64,000 nt of DNA from the NCBI RefSeq assembly GCF_009914755.1, contig NC_060933.1. One strand, given 5' to 3'. This stretch comes from the human T2T-CHM13v2.0 reference genome, Homo sapiens. The notes under the pieces are model-generated. The model saw nothing but the letters and a program-made list of their open reading frames with translations. It ran no database searches and had not been told where the DNA came from. Numbering within the stretch: position 1 is the stretch's first letter; each line of letters begins with the position of its first letter. The position numbers and the translations under genes were made by a program. Shown one piece after another: positions 20,956 through 47,929 of this stretch.

Positions 20956-22084
20956 AGTATAGTACTCTCCAGGTGCAAAGATATTCTCATCCTCCACCCC
21001 CACCTCCCACACTGCTGGCCCATGGCCCACCCTCTCACCATGCTCCCCGTCTTCTTCCTTCCTGTCTTCCCTTCTTTTCCCTTCCCCACCCCCGTCTCCA
21101 GCCGCATTTCCCCACCTCCATCCCCGCCCCCGGTGAGAGCTATCAGTTACCGCTGTATATTCCCACGTGGAGAGCCCTTTGACCTCACCGTGTGGGCGGG
21201 AGAACAAAACCACTCCCTGTCAATCAGTGGGGAGCGGGCCGAGGACTACCTGTGCCCAGCACGGGAGCTGCAGGAAGATGGCGCCAGTCACGTGGGGCGA
21301 GACCATGCGGGCAGGGGCAGCCTGGCTGCAGGCTGGTAAAGCCCCAGGCAAGAACAATTTTTTGGGGGGTTCTCAGGAAGAAGAACAGGAGATTACACTT
21401 TGCAGGCCCCAGTGTGTCGATTCATGGCGCTATGATTATCTCTTCTGTGACTGTTTGCAGCTTTCATTAGTATTTGTAGATAGTAATAAATAAAAATACC
21501 CCAGTCTTGTCTCCGAAAGGATCCTGTAAACAAAGGAAAGGCTTTGTATTCCTCCTGAGCCTATGAGAGTAGGACGGTGTAAGTCTGCAAGGAATGCTCG
21601 GGGACAGGGAACTGGGCAGGCCAGGGATGGAATGTCGAGGGCAGAGTCGGGACTGCGTGAATGTCCCCACCATGAGACCCAGCCCTTTCTTAGAAGATCG
21701 AATTCTAGTTTGTATTTTTACCACTCCTTGATGTGGTTCATAAATCCAAAAACTGCTCTCCTAGAAGCCTGCTTCTTCCAGGAAGCCTCCCGTCCCGCTC
21801 CAATCCTAAGTGTTTTTCTCTTCTAAACTCCTTAACTTCCTTAAAGTAACCTTTAGCAATGAATCTTGCACTAATGGTTTAGCAATGAGTCGCAACACCT
21901 CTTGAACTGTTGCTAATTTTTTTCTATGGTGAAATATTTCACTCATTTTCCTTATTTTCTAAGGGCCAGGAACATGCTTTTTATCAGTGTACCTGAAGTC
22001 ATGGTTGGCTAAAGGTAGTTTTGACCCTTCAAGACATAGCAGACGACTGTGACAATAATCATATAATCAACTCTTGGCATATCA

Positions 22085-22369
<285 letters not shown>

Positions 22370-23009
22370 TCATCTTTCTTCTGTAATTAGGTGAATTTTT
22401 GTTTCTATAATGGATCTCTAAAATGGTGTAGTTTTCTCCAACAGTTGGTAAAGCAGAAACCTAACAAGGCCTTCTTTGAAAAAAAAAAAAAAAAGATTGA
22501 TAAAATACATAATAGCCTACATATATGTGTCTACTTAGGGTTTCAATTGTTAAACGTTGAATCAGTCACAAAATATTCATTTTACTATTCCCAACTCTCT
22601 ACCCTATGTAAGTGACCTATGATAAAAATACAGGTACACTTACATTGTTATTTATCCTAGCAGTATCCATATGCTAATCTGTTTGACTTGTTTTTATTTT
22701 GTTGACAAGCTGAAAAATCAGAAAGATAGTGGCTATTGAACCCAATAGGGGATGTATCTGAGCACTTTTGGTGATACACATTTTAACTTCCAATTCATCT
22801 TGAAACTCTTAATGAAATTTTCTTTCAGTATTTGTTTTCACTGTTTCCTCTGTTCTTTTAGGTCTCTTATAGCAGAAGGCACAGGAAAGCTTGAGATAGT
22901 CTCCGTTTATCAGATCATTAATTGTATAAGAAAGTATTTAAATAGACAATAATTTTGGGTGGATTATTAAATTCAGAAAGCAATCAGCTGCTTTTTAAAA
23001 AATAGTTGA

Positions 23010-27143
<4,134 letters not shown>

Positions 27144-28794
27144 TCCTCTTACAGAATTAGAAAACAGTAATAGCTCACACTTGGACAGTCTTTATTCTCT
27201 CGTAGGCAGTGTTTTAAGCCCTTTACGTACATCAATTATTACATCTTCACAACAGTTCTCAGGTTATTTCCAATTTTCAGATGGGGAAAGGGTGACACAA
27301 AGAGGGTAAGTGACTTGCTCATAGGCATATGGCTGGTAAATAGCAAAACTGGGACTCCAACACAGGGAGTCTGATTGCGAGGCCTGTATTCTTACCTAAG
27401 ATACACAGGATCTTGACTGCCTTTGTTTGTCTGCATGGATGTTGGTGGGAACTCAAATGCATAGAGGAAAATGGTTGGTAATTAGGTTTCACTTCTGCAA
27501 CCTCAAACATAGCCATCTTTCTGAACAACTAGGTCCACGCCAGCACTATCTGCGTTCAGGTTCCTCCTGTTCCTCCAATCCAAACTACAGTCAGTGTCAG
27601 CTACCAACAATGATCAAGCAATTTCTATGTGGCAGGCATAGAACAAACAACTGGGCATTTTACAAACATCCCTAATCCCTGATATTGTCCCTGTGTAAGG
27701 ACAGAAAGCTCAAAGATGCTGCTAACTGGTTTGTTCCAATCAGGCAGTGATTGGCAGAACCCACACTTACACTTTCATTCCTCAAACACCTCAAGGACAA
27801 AAGCCTCCATCATTCTCAATTTGCCTAAAGGATAGAAGCCAAATTCCTCACTGGCAGGCAAGGTGCCATGCTATCTTTCCAACCTTATCTCCTGCTGGGC
27901 TCCAGCTTGACTCCTCTGTTCCAGACTGGCATGTCTGTGCCCTCTCCCCCAACCTACAGGCACACTCCCAATGCCCAGCCTTCCATCCGTTGTTCCCATG
28001 ACCTAGAATGCCTTGTTTTCTCCTTTCAGCCTCCTCAAATCCTGTGTGACTACAGTTCAATCTTCCATCTCATACAAGGTCCTCCTCCACTAAATGCTTC
28101 AGGTCCTAGCAGTCCCACTTGTCCCTTCTACCTGCTGGTAGGAGCAGTAGCATTTAGTGGAGGAGGACTCGTATGAGATGGAATCAACCGGGACACTGAT
28201 CACACACAGCTGTACACCTTATCGTCAGTTCAAGCCAGCTGACTCACAGCTGCATCCTTGGCATAGGGAGCTGAATATTTTGATCACATAGTATCTCACT
28301 TCATATACATGGTCAGAGGCACCACAGAGAAGTTTCCCTTGACGTGTTGTACCAAGATCTGGGACAAAAACAGCTTTCTGTGGATGAAATGCGAAGTAGA
28401 TGGAATTGATCATCAGTGCCTTCTGTAGCTGCCCCTCCCCACAAGTTCTTCCAATATGTGGCAGGTGTATATGTGTATATATCTGCTTTCTCTGTACTCT
28501 TTTTTTCTTTCCAATCGGGAAATAACAACCACAGTAGAAGACATGTTACTGTGTACCACTTACTTTTCTCAGCACTCCACAAGTATTAACTAATTTAGTC
28601 TTCTCAGTAACCCTTTGAAGTAGGCATTAGTATTAACCCCTTTTTATAGGTGAGGAGACTGAGTCACAGAACGGTTAAGGAGCCTAAGGTCACAGAGCTT
28701 GGATTCAAAGCTATGCATTTAATCAATATGCTATATTGCCTCACCAATAAAACAACATATTGTTTTATTCTAATAGTAAAAGTAATGCCTGCTA

Positions 28795-34425
<5,631 letters not shown>

Positions 34426-35235
34426 TATAAATCTGGAAAAAGAACATAAATATTGGATAACAGCAATTGACATGCGTGTTTTAATGGAAGATTGTTTTAA
34501 TGGAAGATTTAAGTGGTTATCATTTATAAGTTTCCAGAATGGAATAGATTGTTGCATCCTAGCTCCTGTCAGGAGTAGAGCTTCACTGGTTTCACAGGTA
34601 GGGTATGAGGTGCTGTGTAAAGCTAGAAGCTTCTTTTGGAAGTAATTTTCAGACAGAGAATACTAATGGAGAAATTTCAGACTGAGGGAAAGGGCCTGTG
34701 AGAGAGGCCTCAGAATTAGAGCTCCAAAGGCAGATTCGAGGATTTCAGAACTCAGTGCTGAAAACACCAAACTGCTGAAAGAGGTGGCCACAGTACAACC
34801 ATTTTGATGAGAAGTTGAACAGGGTGACCATGCCTCTTTGGAGAAATAATCCCCTAGGTCTGGAGGCGGCCCAGGATCCTGAAGGTGAGTACCAGTGCTG
34901 GTGGAAAATAAGGAGCATTCAAAGTGCATTAAGACCCACTCCGGGGTCTTTAACTTGTTAACATGGAAAACAATAGCAAAGTACTGCTGGGGCCCCCTGC
35001 TGTGTGTATAGAATATACCGGAAGACTAAGACATGGAGATACCAGCTGGGAGCTACCGCAGAGATTCAGACTTGAGGTGAAGGGCTGGCCTTAGGGGGGC
35101 ACGTGGGTGTGTAGGAAGAACTGCTCAGCAGGCCTTAGGGATACATTTGTTGTGCAGGTGCAGAGAGGACACAGGCATGGCTGGGGCGGGAGTTCAGGAT
35201 GAGAACCCTGGGACAGGCTGTAAGATGATCGAGCC

Positions 35236-35237
<2 letters not shown>

Positions 35238-35275
<38 letters not shown>
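35238..35275. repeat. (GT)19 microsatellite about 1.1 kb upstream of the DMRT1 ATG
   Basis: Perfect dinucleotide run. Confidence 0.97.
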
Positions 35276-35279
<4 letters not shown>

Positions 35280-35699
35280 GTATAATGACATACTGTAAAA
35301 TGCAAGATATGAAGTGTAGAATGAGTTTTGATACATTTCTACATCTGTGTAACCACCCCCCACAACCTCAGTTTTTTTAATACATATGTTTCTTTTTAAG
35401 TTTGAGTTTCCCGTGCCTGCAGAGTCTAAGTTTAAACAGCCTCACAGACAAGAAGCTATATGCACCTGAAGTGAACAGGAACACGGGCTGCAACAGTAGA
35501 TCGTAAAGTTATTTGGAGCGAAGGAGGTAGAAGTGTTGTGAGCAAATGAAGACAGGTGCAGGAAGGGATAAACGGAGAACAGAAAGTTCCAACCTTTGAG
35601 ATTTTTGAAGTGCTTGTGCCCCACACACTGAGGATCTTCTTTGCCGTATATAGGGCAAATCTGATTTACCCTATAAATTTCTCAGGCCTTCCACCTCAT

Positions 35700-37203
<1,504 letters not shown>

Positions 37204-39205
37204 TGATCCCGCCCGCCGGGCAGAGTTGCGGGCTTCGCTCGGCTCGGGGTTCCCCACGATCTCTCACCCTGTGTTTCGGCGGAGTTGCGGGGGTTCCCTC
37301 TGCTCCCGGGTCCCTGAGATCCCTGATCCCGCTCTCAGGGCAGGGAATTCCGGGGTTCGCCCCTCTGGGCTTCCCCGCGATCCCAGAGCCCGCGTTCCAA
37401 CAGAATTGGGAGGGTTTATTGCGCTAGAGGAGTCTTCAGGATCTTCGCTCCCGCCCTCCGAGGTGAGGCTAGAGGGGAGGGTTCGACTCCAAGGGAATCC
37501 CAGGGATCTCTAGCCCCGCTCTTCTAGCAGAGAATTAAGGAATTCTCTCCGCTTTGGGGTCCCAAAAATCTCCGACCGCGCCTTGGGAGCAGAGGGTTTC
37601 GGGGTTCGATTTCCTCGAGCGTCCCCAGAATCTCTGACTCTCCCTCCTTGCTGAGTTGCACTTAAATTAGAAAGGATCTTGGAGGGCGGCAGCGCTGGCT
37701 GCTAGGTTAGCGGGAAAGGGAGGCTCGGCCGGCTGCTGCTTACGCGGGTAACCTGTCGGAAAGCCTTGTTTGTTTTTCTGGAAAAGTCGCTGCAATGGAC
37801 ACAGCGTTGCGCGGTTTCCCTGCGCGCCTGGGGCGCTTTTTGTCTTCGCCCTCCGTGGATGGAGGCTGAGCGCCTCAGCCATTTTGAGAGCTCTGGAAAT
37901 TTTATTAGCATTTTAAAATTTGCATTCTCGACCGAAGATTAAAGTGCAAATTACTTTGAAGCTGTTTTAAAGCACGCTTAAGAATTTTAAAGAATATGCG
38001 CAGGTGGAAAAAAGCGCGCCAGGGTTTGAGATTTGGTCCGTCTGTGGTTTTGTTTTTTTGAAGGTTCGTAAGTAGGCTGGTAATTTAACATTTTAACGGA
38101 AAGTTAATGTCTTTAGTATTCTAAAAGGATTTTTGGAAGGCAGTAATCCACGTTATTTCCAGTTAAAAGTTGTTTCATCTTTTTAAGACAGGTTATTTAA
38201 AATGAAAAGATAACGAAGAAATGTTTGCTAACGATGTGGTACTTTTGATTAGGAACGTGTAAATATCCTCCATTGAAAACAAATGCCCGAAGGTTATATG
38301 CTTTTATATAATATATCAGATTTTTACAAATGTGTTTTATACTAAACGTATTTTGGCTTCACAGATGGCGAGTGCAGTCATGAAAATAGATATTGTTTTG
38401 CTTAATTTCTTAATAGATTTTTAAAGCTTAATCTGTAGTGGGTGAAAAGAATACACTGGGTGTGGCAGTAAAATGCATCACAATGAGTTTACTGAAAAAA
38501 TTAATGGGCTTTTAAATTATACTCTGGGTAGAAAAATTCTCTAAACATTTAGTCGTTGGCTTATTTAGTGTGGAGAACATGCTTGGGGGATTTCTCAAAA
38601 TGTAGTAAAAATATTCTAGTAGAGGAATTAATTTTGAATAACCTTTATTAGTAGAGGAGGCTGCTTACACCGTTAAAAACAAAAGCAACTCAAGGTCACT
38701 TAGAATGGGAAACTTCAGTATTTTCTACACCAGAAGGTGTGTACTGTGCCAGATGAATCCTTAAAAATCCATAAAACAACTACTTCTAGTCATTTTTAAA
38801 TAGTTTGAAATTGATCTTACGTATGATTCTAAAATAATTGTATAGTTGCATTTTTAATCAATTGTTATCCCCTTTCCTTTTTATATAATATTTTCTAAGA
38901 AACCTTGAGAGAAGGTCCTTAGCATATGGAGTAGATACCTGTGCATTTTGGATGTGCTTCAGAGGTTTGCAGGGGTTTAAAACTTGTTTCTGGTCAGATT
39001 CATTGATGTTCTCTTTCTAAGCCTCTTGGTTAGTAATAGGAAATCCAAGATTTAAGCTTAATTATTTAATTTTAAGTAATTAATTATTTAAGATGAATTT
39101 TTCTAAGTCGAAGACTTTTTTTTGGCTATGAGGAAAATTACTTCCCAATTAATCAGCTTCCTGTGTTTGGACTGTGGTTTTCCTAAAACAACATATAAAT
39201 TGTAG

Positions 39206-39546
<341 letters not shown>

Positions 39547-40511
39547 TGAACGTTTTGATTTCACCTTTGGCTTATATTTGGGCAGCTCTGCGGTGTGGGT
39601 GCTTCACTGTCATTTCATAAGCACCATACCTTAGTTTCAACAGAAAGTCTTTGTTACATGTAGAAAGCAAAAATACAATTAATTTTCTTTAAACCTGTTT
39701 TTTCAATCTTATTATTTATTTATTTATTTTTTTGAGACGGAGTCTTGCTCCATTGCCCAGGCTGGAGTGCAGTGGCTCGATTTCGGCTCACTGCAACCTC
39801 CACCTCCTGGCTTCAAGTAATTCTCCTCTCGGCCTCCTGAGTACCTGGGATTACAGGCGCACACCACCATGCCTGGCTAGTTTTTGTATTTTTAGTAGAG
39901 ATGGGGTTTCACCATATTGGTCAGGCTGGTCTCGAGCTCCTGACCTCAGGTGATACACCTGCCTCAGCATCGCAAAGTGATGGGATTACAGGTGTGAGCA
40001 ACCCCGCCTGGCCTTTTTTCACTCTTTAACGGTGTTATTGAAGAGGGACCATGAAGAGCTTCTTGGGTATGTCAGGTCCTTTCCAGTCCCCAGTTCTGGC
40101 TCTCTTCTTCCTGTCTGTCTGGAATATCACACACCTGTCTTCTCCCTTCCTCCCTGCCTTCAGCCTCTTCTTCCTTCAGGGACTTCAACACCAAATTCCA
40201 GCCCCTTTCCCCACTGCTTCTCCCGCATGCTCCCTCCACCCCAGGAATCAGGGCTCTGCAGGCTTTCCTAAGCAGACCCTGCCTGCCTTTCCTGCCCACC
40301 CTGTTCCATATTATTCCGATATGTACTGCCCCTTCATCCTTGCCTGTCCCAGTCCTCCTCATCCTATTCTTCAAGGCTCTGTCCAAATACTACTGCTGGC
40401 TGATTTTAACATGTGAAAGACATTTCTCTCTCTGACTTTCTTCTGTAGGAGTGAAAGGTACTTCTGTGTACCACTCTTGTGGTGTTGGTCTCAGTTTGCC
40501 TTTTGTTGTAG

Positions 40512-40775
<264 letters not shown>

Positions 40776-41444
40776 TGATCGGCCCACCTCTGCCTCCCAA
40801 AGTGCTGGGATTACAGGTGCGAACCACCACTCCTGGCCCTGTTTCATTTGTTAAAAAGTAAGTAATGTAGGATACAATCTACTCTTACTGGTACCTGTTT
40901 TTAGTACAGTGGCCTTTTACAAGTTTATGGAATGAAGGAGTGAGTGATCCCATTTTCCTTCCTAATCTGTTAGTGCTTCTGACCCACTCTACTCTTCAGA
41001 TTGTACTCCTCCCCTTGGCTGACTATAGTTTTTTCCTGATCCTCCCTAGCCAATCTTATTCTACACAGTCATTTGTTTAACAAGCTTTTTTATTTGTTTG
41101 TTAAGAGACAGGGTCTTGCTCTGTCTCCCAGGCTGGAGTGCAGTGGTGCGATTATAGCCCACCGTAGCCTCAAACTCCTGGGCTTAAGTGAGTCTCCTGC
41201 CTCAAGCTCTTGAGTAGCTGGGATTCCAGGTATCTGCGACCATGTCTGGCAACAAGCATTTTTTGAGCACCTACTGTCTGGCTCAAAACTGTTTCTCAGC
41301 TTTGCACATCATAGTTACCTGGGTGGGTTTAAGAAGAAATGGGAGATTTTCAGACCTCACCTCCAGAGCTAGTGAATCATGGTGTCTGGGATGGGTGGGG
41401 CTTCTGTGTTTTGGCAAAGCTGATTCTGGAGTGCTGGAGGATGA

Positions 41445-41756
<312 letters not shown>

Positions 41757-42294
41757 TAGAGGATTCTGTAGAGGATTCTCCCTGTGAAGGGCTGTTTTTG
41801 CCTGCATCACAAAGGAGGGGGCCGTGAATTCTAGAAATGCAGGTTCAACTCTTTCCTGTTGGTTATTAGTGAAGACTGAGTCTGGACAGAGAATGATGTT
41901 AGAGAGAGGTGAGATTGTTCAGATTTCATCTCAGTCCACCCCTTCATTTTCCAGTCATCCTTGTGGGAACTAAATATCCTTGTTTCCTAGAACTAGAAGT
42001 CCACTTCTCCACTGCATCCATTTGGGGAAAGTGTCTAGAAAGGCCAAATCCTGGTGTCAAATTTGAATGAGCGGGAAGTAACACCGGAAGGAAGGCCACG
42101 TTGGCTTGAATTCTCTCCCCTGGGTGCTAAGGAGGAATGTGTTCTTTTTTACACATGTGAAACCTGAGACATAGACAGTTACGGGATTGGCCAAGTTTAC
42201 TGAATTAGAAAGTATCTGAATGAGTTTATCTGTCTCCAAAGCTCAATACTCAATGTGCTTACTGCACTAGGTCTCTAAATTACACAGGTCTGGA

Positions 42295-42457
42295 GCTGTA
42301 CTGTCCGATATGGAAGCCCCTAGCCACATGTGGCTTTTTAAGTTTAAATTCATTACAATGAAATAAATGAAAACATTCGGTTTCTTCATTACACTAGCCA
42401 CATTTCATGTGCTTAATAGCCACATACAGCTAAGGGCTATCATACTGGATAATGCAT
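42295..42457. mobile_element. MER3-like hAT fossil
   Basis: ctgtccgatatggaagcccctagccacatgtggc...ctagccacatttcatgtgcttaatagccacat...tactggataatgca. Confidence 0.75.
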
Positions 42458-43224
42458 TGCTGTCTCTTAGAAAGTCTAATTCGATGGCACTGGTCTACAA
42501 TGTGGGAGCTATGAGACATCCACCAAATAAAGACCTGTGGAATCTTGTTATTTCTGGCAATTAGATACACATACTGTAATTCACAGAATATCTTTAAATG
42601 TCTTTAAAGTGTTCTAAGCTCCATGAAATACAGCCTAGCAGTGTGATATCACCTTGACTAAGCTTTCATGAATTACTCCATTTGCTGGGCTTAAGCACTG
42701 TGTACTAAAGTCACACAACTATATATTATTAACTAGCTGTGCAACTTTGGAGAAGTTACTTAAGCTCCCTGGGCTTTTTTTTCCTCTTGTCAAAAATGAG
42801 GGAAAGGGTTCCTGAGGGTCTTAAAGATCTTATGAATCTTAGCCATTATTGAAAAGGAAGTTAAGCAGAAAAGAAGTTTAAAAAGAAGTTAAGCACCAAA
42901 GAAAGCAGGAAGGTGTGTCTCTCTGTGTCTGTCTTTGTGTATTTTACTGAAGTTACTGACTATGTAATTAACAGAGGTCAAGATACTCTTTTTTCTTTGC
43001 TTGGATTGGCTGCTCATAGTATGTCCTTATAATAGTTTCCAAACTTTTCTTTCCTTTCTTTTTTTTTTTTTTTTTGAGATGGAGTCTCACTCTGTTGCCC
43101 AGGCTGGAGTGCAGTGGTGTGATCTTGGCTCACTGCAACCTCCACCTCCTGGGTTCAAATGATTCTCCTGTCTTAGCCTCCTGAGTAGTTAGGACTACAG
43201 GCGCCCGCCACCACACCCGACTAA

Positions 43225-43374
<150 letters not shown>

Positions 43375-43416
43375 TAGGAAGGAAGGAGTGTATCAGAAAT
43401 ACGATCTTTGTGCTTT

Positions 43417-43736
<320 letters not shown>

Positions 43737-44684
43737 ACGATCTTTGTGCTTTAAGATTTTAAGATGTGTCAAAGGTTTAGTGACTAAATAATACAGGGTC
43801 ATGGCTAATCTGGTGGATTCAGCTGTGGGGCTGAGATGAGAAATGGGATGTGTCACATGAGTAAAGAGGGCAAGTCGCAGTGCCAGGTTTTCCATAGGGG
43901 AGTAACTCATTTGATTTTCACAAACGTCTCAGGAGGTAGGAATTATTATCCTCATTTACAGATAGGAAAACCAAGGCTTAGTAAATGGTAAGGAGACTGC
44001 CACAGAAAAGAGCTGGCTGAGCTAGGATTTATTCCACGCCTGTCTGGTTCCAAAACCTATGGATTTCCCATTCTACTTAACTGGGACCAGTTGCCATGTT
44101 TCCTTGGAAAATGGACACTTAACGATTGTTTAGAGGCTGTGGTCTAATCCTCAGAGTAATTTAGGGCTGATGGACAGTTAGCAACAATGTTAGGTGAAAA
44201 AGTCCCTGCCATTCTATCTTGGCAGAGAAGACAGCAGCCATGGGTCTTCACAGGAAGAAATACAGGGAAAGGCCAGTGACGGATCAGTGTCAATGCTGGA
44301 TGTGGCATAACATCAAGGTTTGATTATAAACCCTAAGATAGTGGAGCTTTAGAGAAGGACTTTAGGCTATGCAGAGATCAGAACGACTCTCACAAGGGTG
44401 TTTCAGAGTGGTGATAGGGAAAGTTACAAAAGGAAGCAGTAGGGGGGCAAGATAGAGGGTTCAGCGTCAAGGAGGATTTAACCAGAGTCCCTTCCTCACC
44501 TGTGGAGTTGACAGACCTTGGAGTCATTCTACAGCCTTGAACTAGCACTCACAGGGAAGGGGCATGTGGAAGCCTACAGCGTGCTGTGCTCATTTGCTCA
44601 GGCACAGGTGGGCAAGTATGGCTCCGGGAGCTTTACCTTCTGAGGACGATGGGCTCTCTCTCTCTCTCTCTCTTTTTTTTTTGA

Positions 44685-44897
<213 letters not shown>

Positions 44898-45531
44898 TGA
44901 TCTGCATGCCTCAGCCTCCCAAAGTTCTGGGATTACAGGCGTGAGCCACCACGCCGAGCTGACAACAGGCTCTCTGCTAACCAGCTCATCTCTGTGGGGC
45001 AGGAGCCACAGGTTGCTGTCATTCATGGGATTTGCTACCAGACCTCCTGAGTGAGGATTGATAACTTCTGGACTGAGTTAGGATATGAGCAAGAGGGAAG
45101 TTCAGATGCCAGCAGAATTAAACTACGTAAATATAGAGACAGAAAGATGGAGTGTGGGAGAGTGGGGGAGAGCCAAAAAAACAAACACACTGTGGAGAGT
45201 CCTGAAGCTTGTATGCAGCAAAGGGAGCTTCTTAGATAGCTTCCTACTAACAAATATATAGCTTATATTCATTTTTCAGAGGTTGGATTTACTTAAAATA
45301 ATTTCATGGAGGTGAATGGTAAACATGTATAGTGGAGTACAAAAATATATTCCATGAAAGATCATTGTTCTTCTAACCCCAACCTGCAGGTCTGTTTGTC
45401 ATTCCAGGATGATTTACTGCATGTACAGGTGTATGTGTCTGTTTATCCTTTTCATATGTAATATAAAATATTTGCATAATTAATATAGTGGAAGTATGTT
45501 GTTCCTACTTGTGTCTAATTAGCTTTTTTCA

Positions 45532-46216
<685 letters not shown>

Positions 46217-46774
46217 TGAGATTACAGGCGTGCGCGGCGATGCCCAGCTAATTTTTGTACTTTTAGTAGAGACAGAGTTTCACCATATTGGTCAGGCTGG
46301 TCTCAAACTCCTGACCTCAAATGATTGCCCGCCTCGGCCTCCCAAAGTGCTGGGATTACAGGCGTGAGCCACTGCATCTGGCCTTAGTAGACTTTAAAGT
46401 CCTTGAAGTTTCTTAGTTATCTCCTTTTGGCTCCCAAAAGGGCCAAAAGTGAAGAAGAGAAATGCTCAAGAATTATTGCCAAGAATATTGGCCAAATTCT
46501 GAGGACACTTAGAAGGAAATTAAGTATGGTTTCATTTGTTGGAGAAACTGGCCTCTCTGAGGAGGATAACATATATTAGAAGAAAATCTCTAAAATCTTT
46601 AGCCAAAGATTGGCTAAGACTGACCAGATTAACTGGATAGTCTTTGAATAACGAGTGTAAAATATTTTTGTTGTTATTTTCTTACATGATTGTGGATATT
46701 ACTGTGGAAAGAAATAGTCTTTTGAAGAAATTCTGTTTATTGCTGTTGCTTGTACCAGCAGGATCAGTTGTTAG

Positions 46775-46946
<172 letters not shown>

Positions 46947-47929
46947 TAATTTTTGTATTTTAGTAGAGATGGGGTTTCACCATGTTGGCCACGCTGGTCT
47001 TGAACTCTTGACCTCAAGTGATCCGCCTGCCTCGGCCTCCCAAAGTGCTGGGATTACAGGTGTGAGCTACCGTGCCTGGCCGCAGGTACACTATTGATAA
47101 GCAAATAGTTTATTCCCAGCCATTTTTGGAGTATTCAGAAAAAAAAAAAGATAAATGATTTTGACTCTACATGACAAATAATTAACGGCAAATTTACATT
47201 TTTTTCCGGTGGTTTCATGTTTTGAACTTTAGCATAAAATGTACTTTTTTTTTTTTTTTCGAAAGTTATTAGCTGACTTAAATCTCAGGTCTTCTTCCTC
47301 TTTGTAAATGTAGGCTCCTCTTTGTTTTGTTTTATTTAATATTCTACTTTTTCTTCAGCCTCCCGTGCTCCTATAGAATGCTGTTTGACACAGTACTTAA
47401 TGCTAAGGTCTGCATAGTTCTCTTCCTCTCCTTTTCTGTGCAGAAGCTGTCAGATGAAGGGTTGCATTGTAGATAATTCAGTTCTGCATGTGTGTCCTTT
47501 GTAAGGACCTGAATGTTATCTGTCTTGGGGCCCTCCCTTTTGGAGCACCGGGGACTTCCATCCACACTCACATTCACCCTCCCCCAGATCAAACCACCTC
47601 GGGCCCCCCTGGGCAGCTCCAGCCTCTTCTGTGGCTCGTGGCCCAGTTTCAGTCACCTTTCCCCTGTTAGAAGGATCAGTCAGGTCTGTGTCTAATATTG
47701 AAGGGGCCTTTCCTTCACTTTTCTTCAGCAGTTACTCCACTTGGAGAGCACACAGTGAGAGAGCACACGCCAGTTGGGAAACACATTGTGTCGTATGTTT
47801 AAGTGCTTAAAAGTTCATAAAACATGAAATGTGTTCGTTTGAAAATGGAACAGTATCCCATGCAGTTTTTACAAGTAAGAGATATGGCTGGTGAATTCAC
47901 AACGGAAGATAGTTGTTTAAATTAAAAAA

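Noticed and set aside
34690-34810. Coiled-coil-looking peptide RISELSAENTKLLKEVATVQPF; possible pseudogene fragment
   Set aside because: Too short, no poly-A or TSD, and no protein I can recognise. It would need a tBLASTx/BLAT hit to support it.
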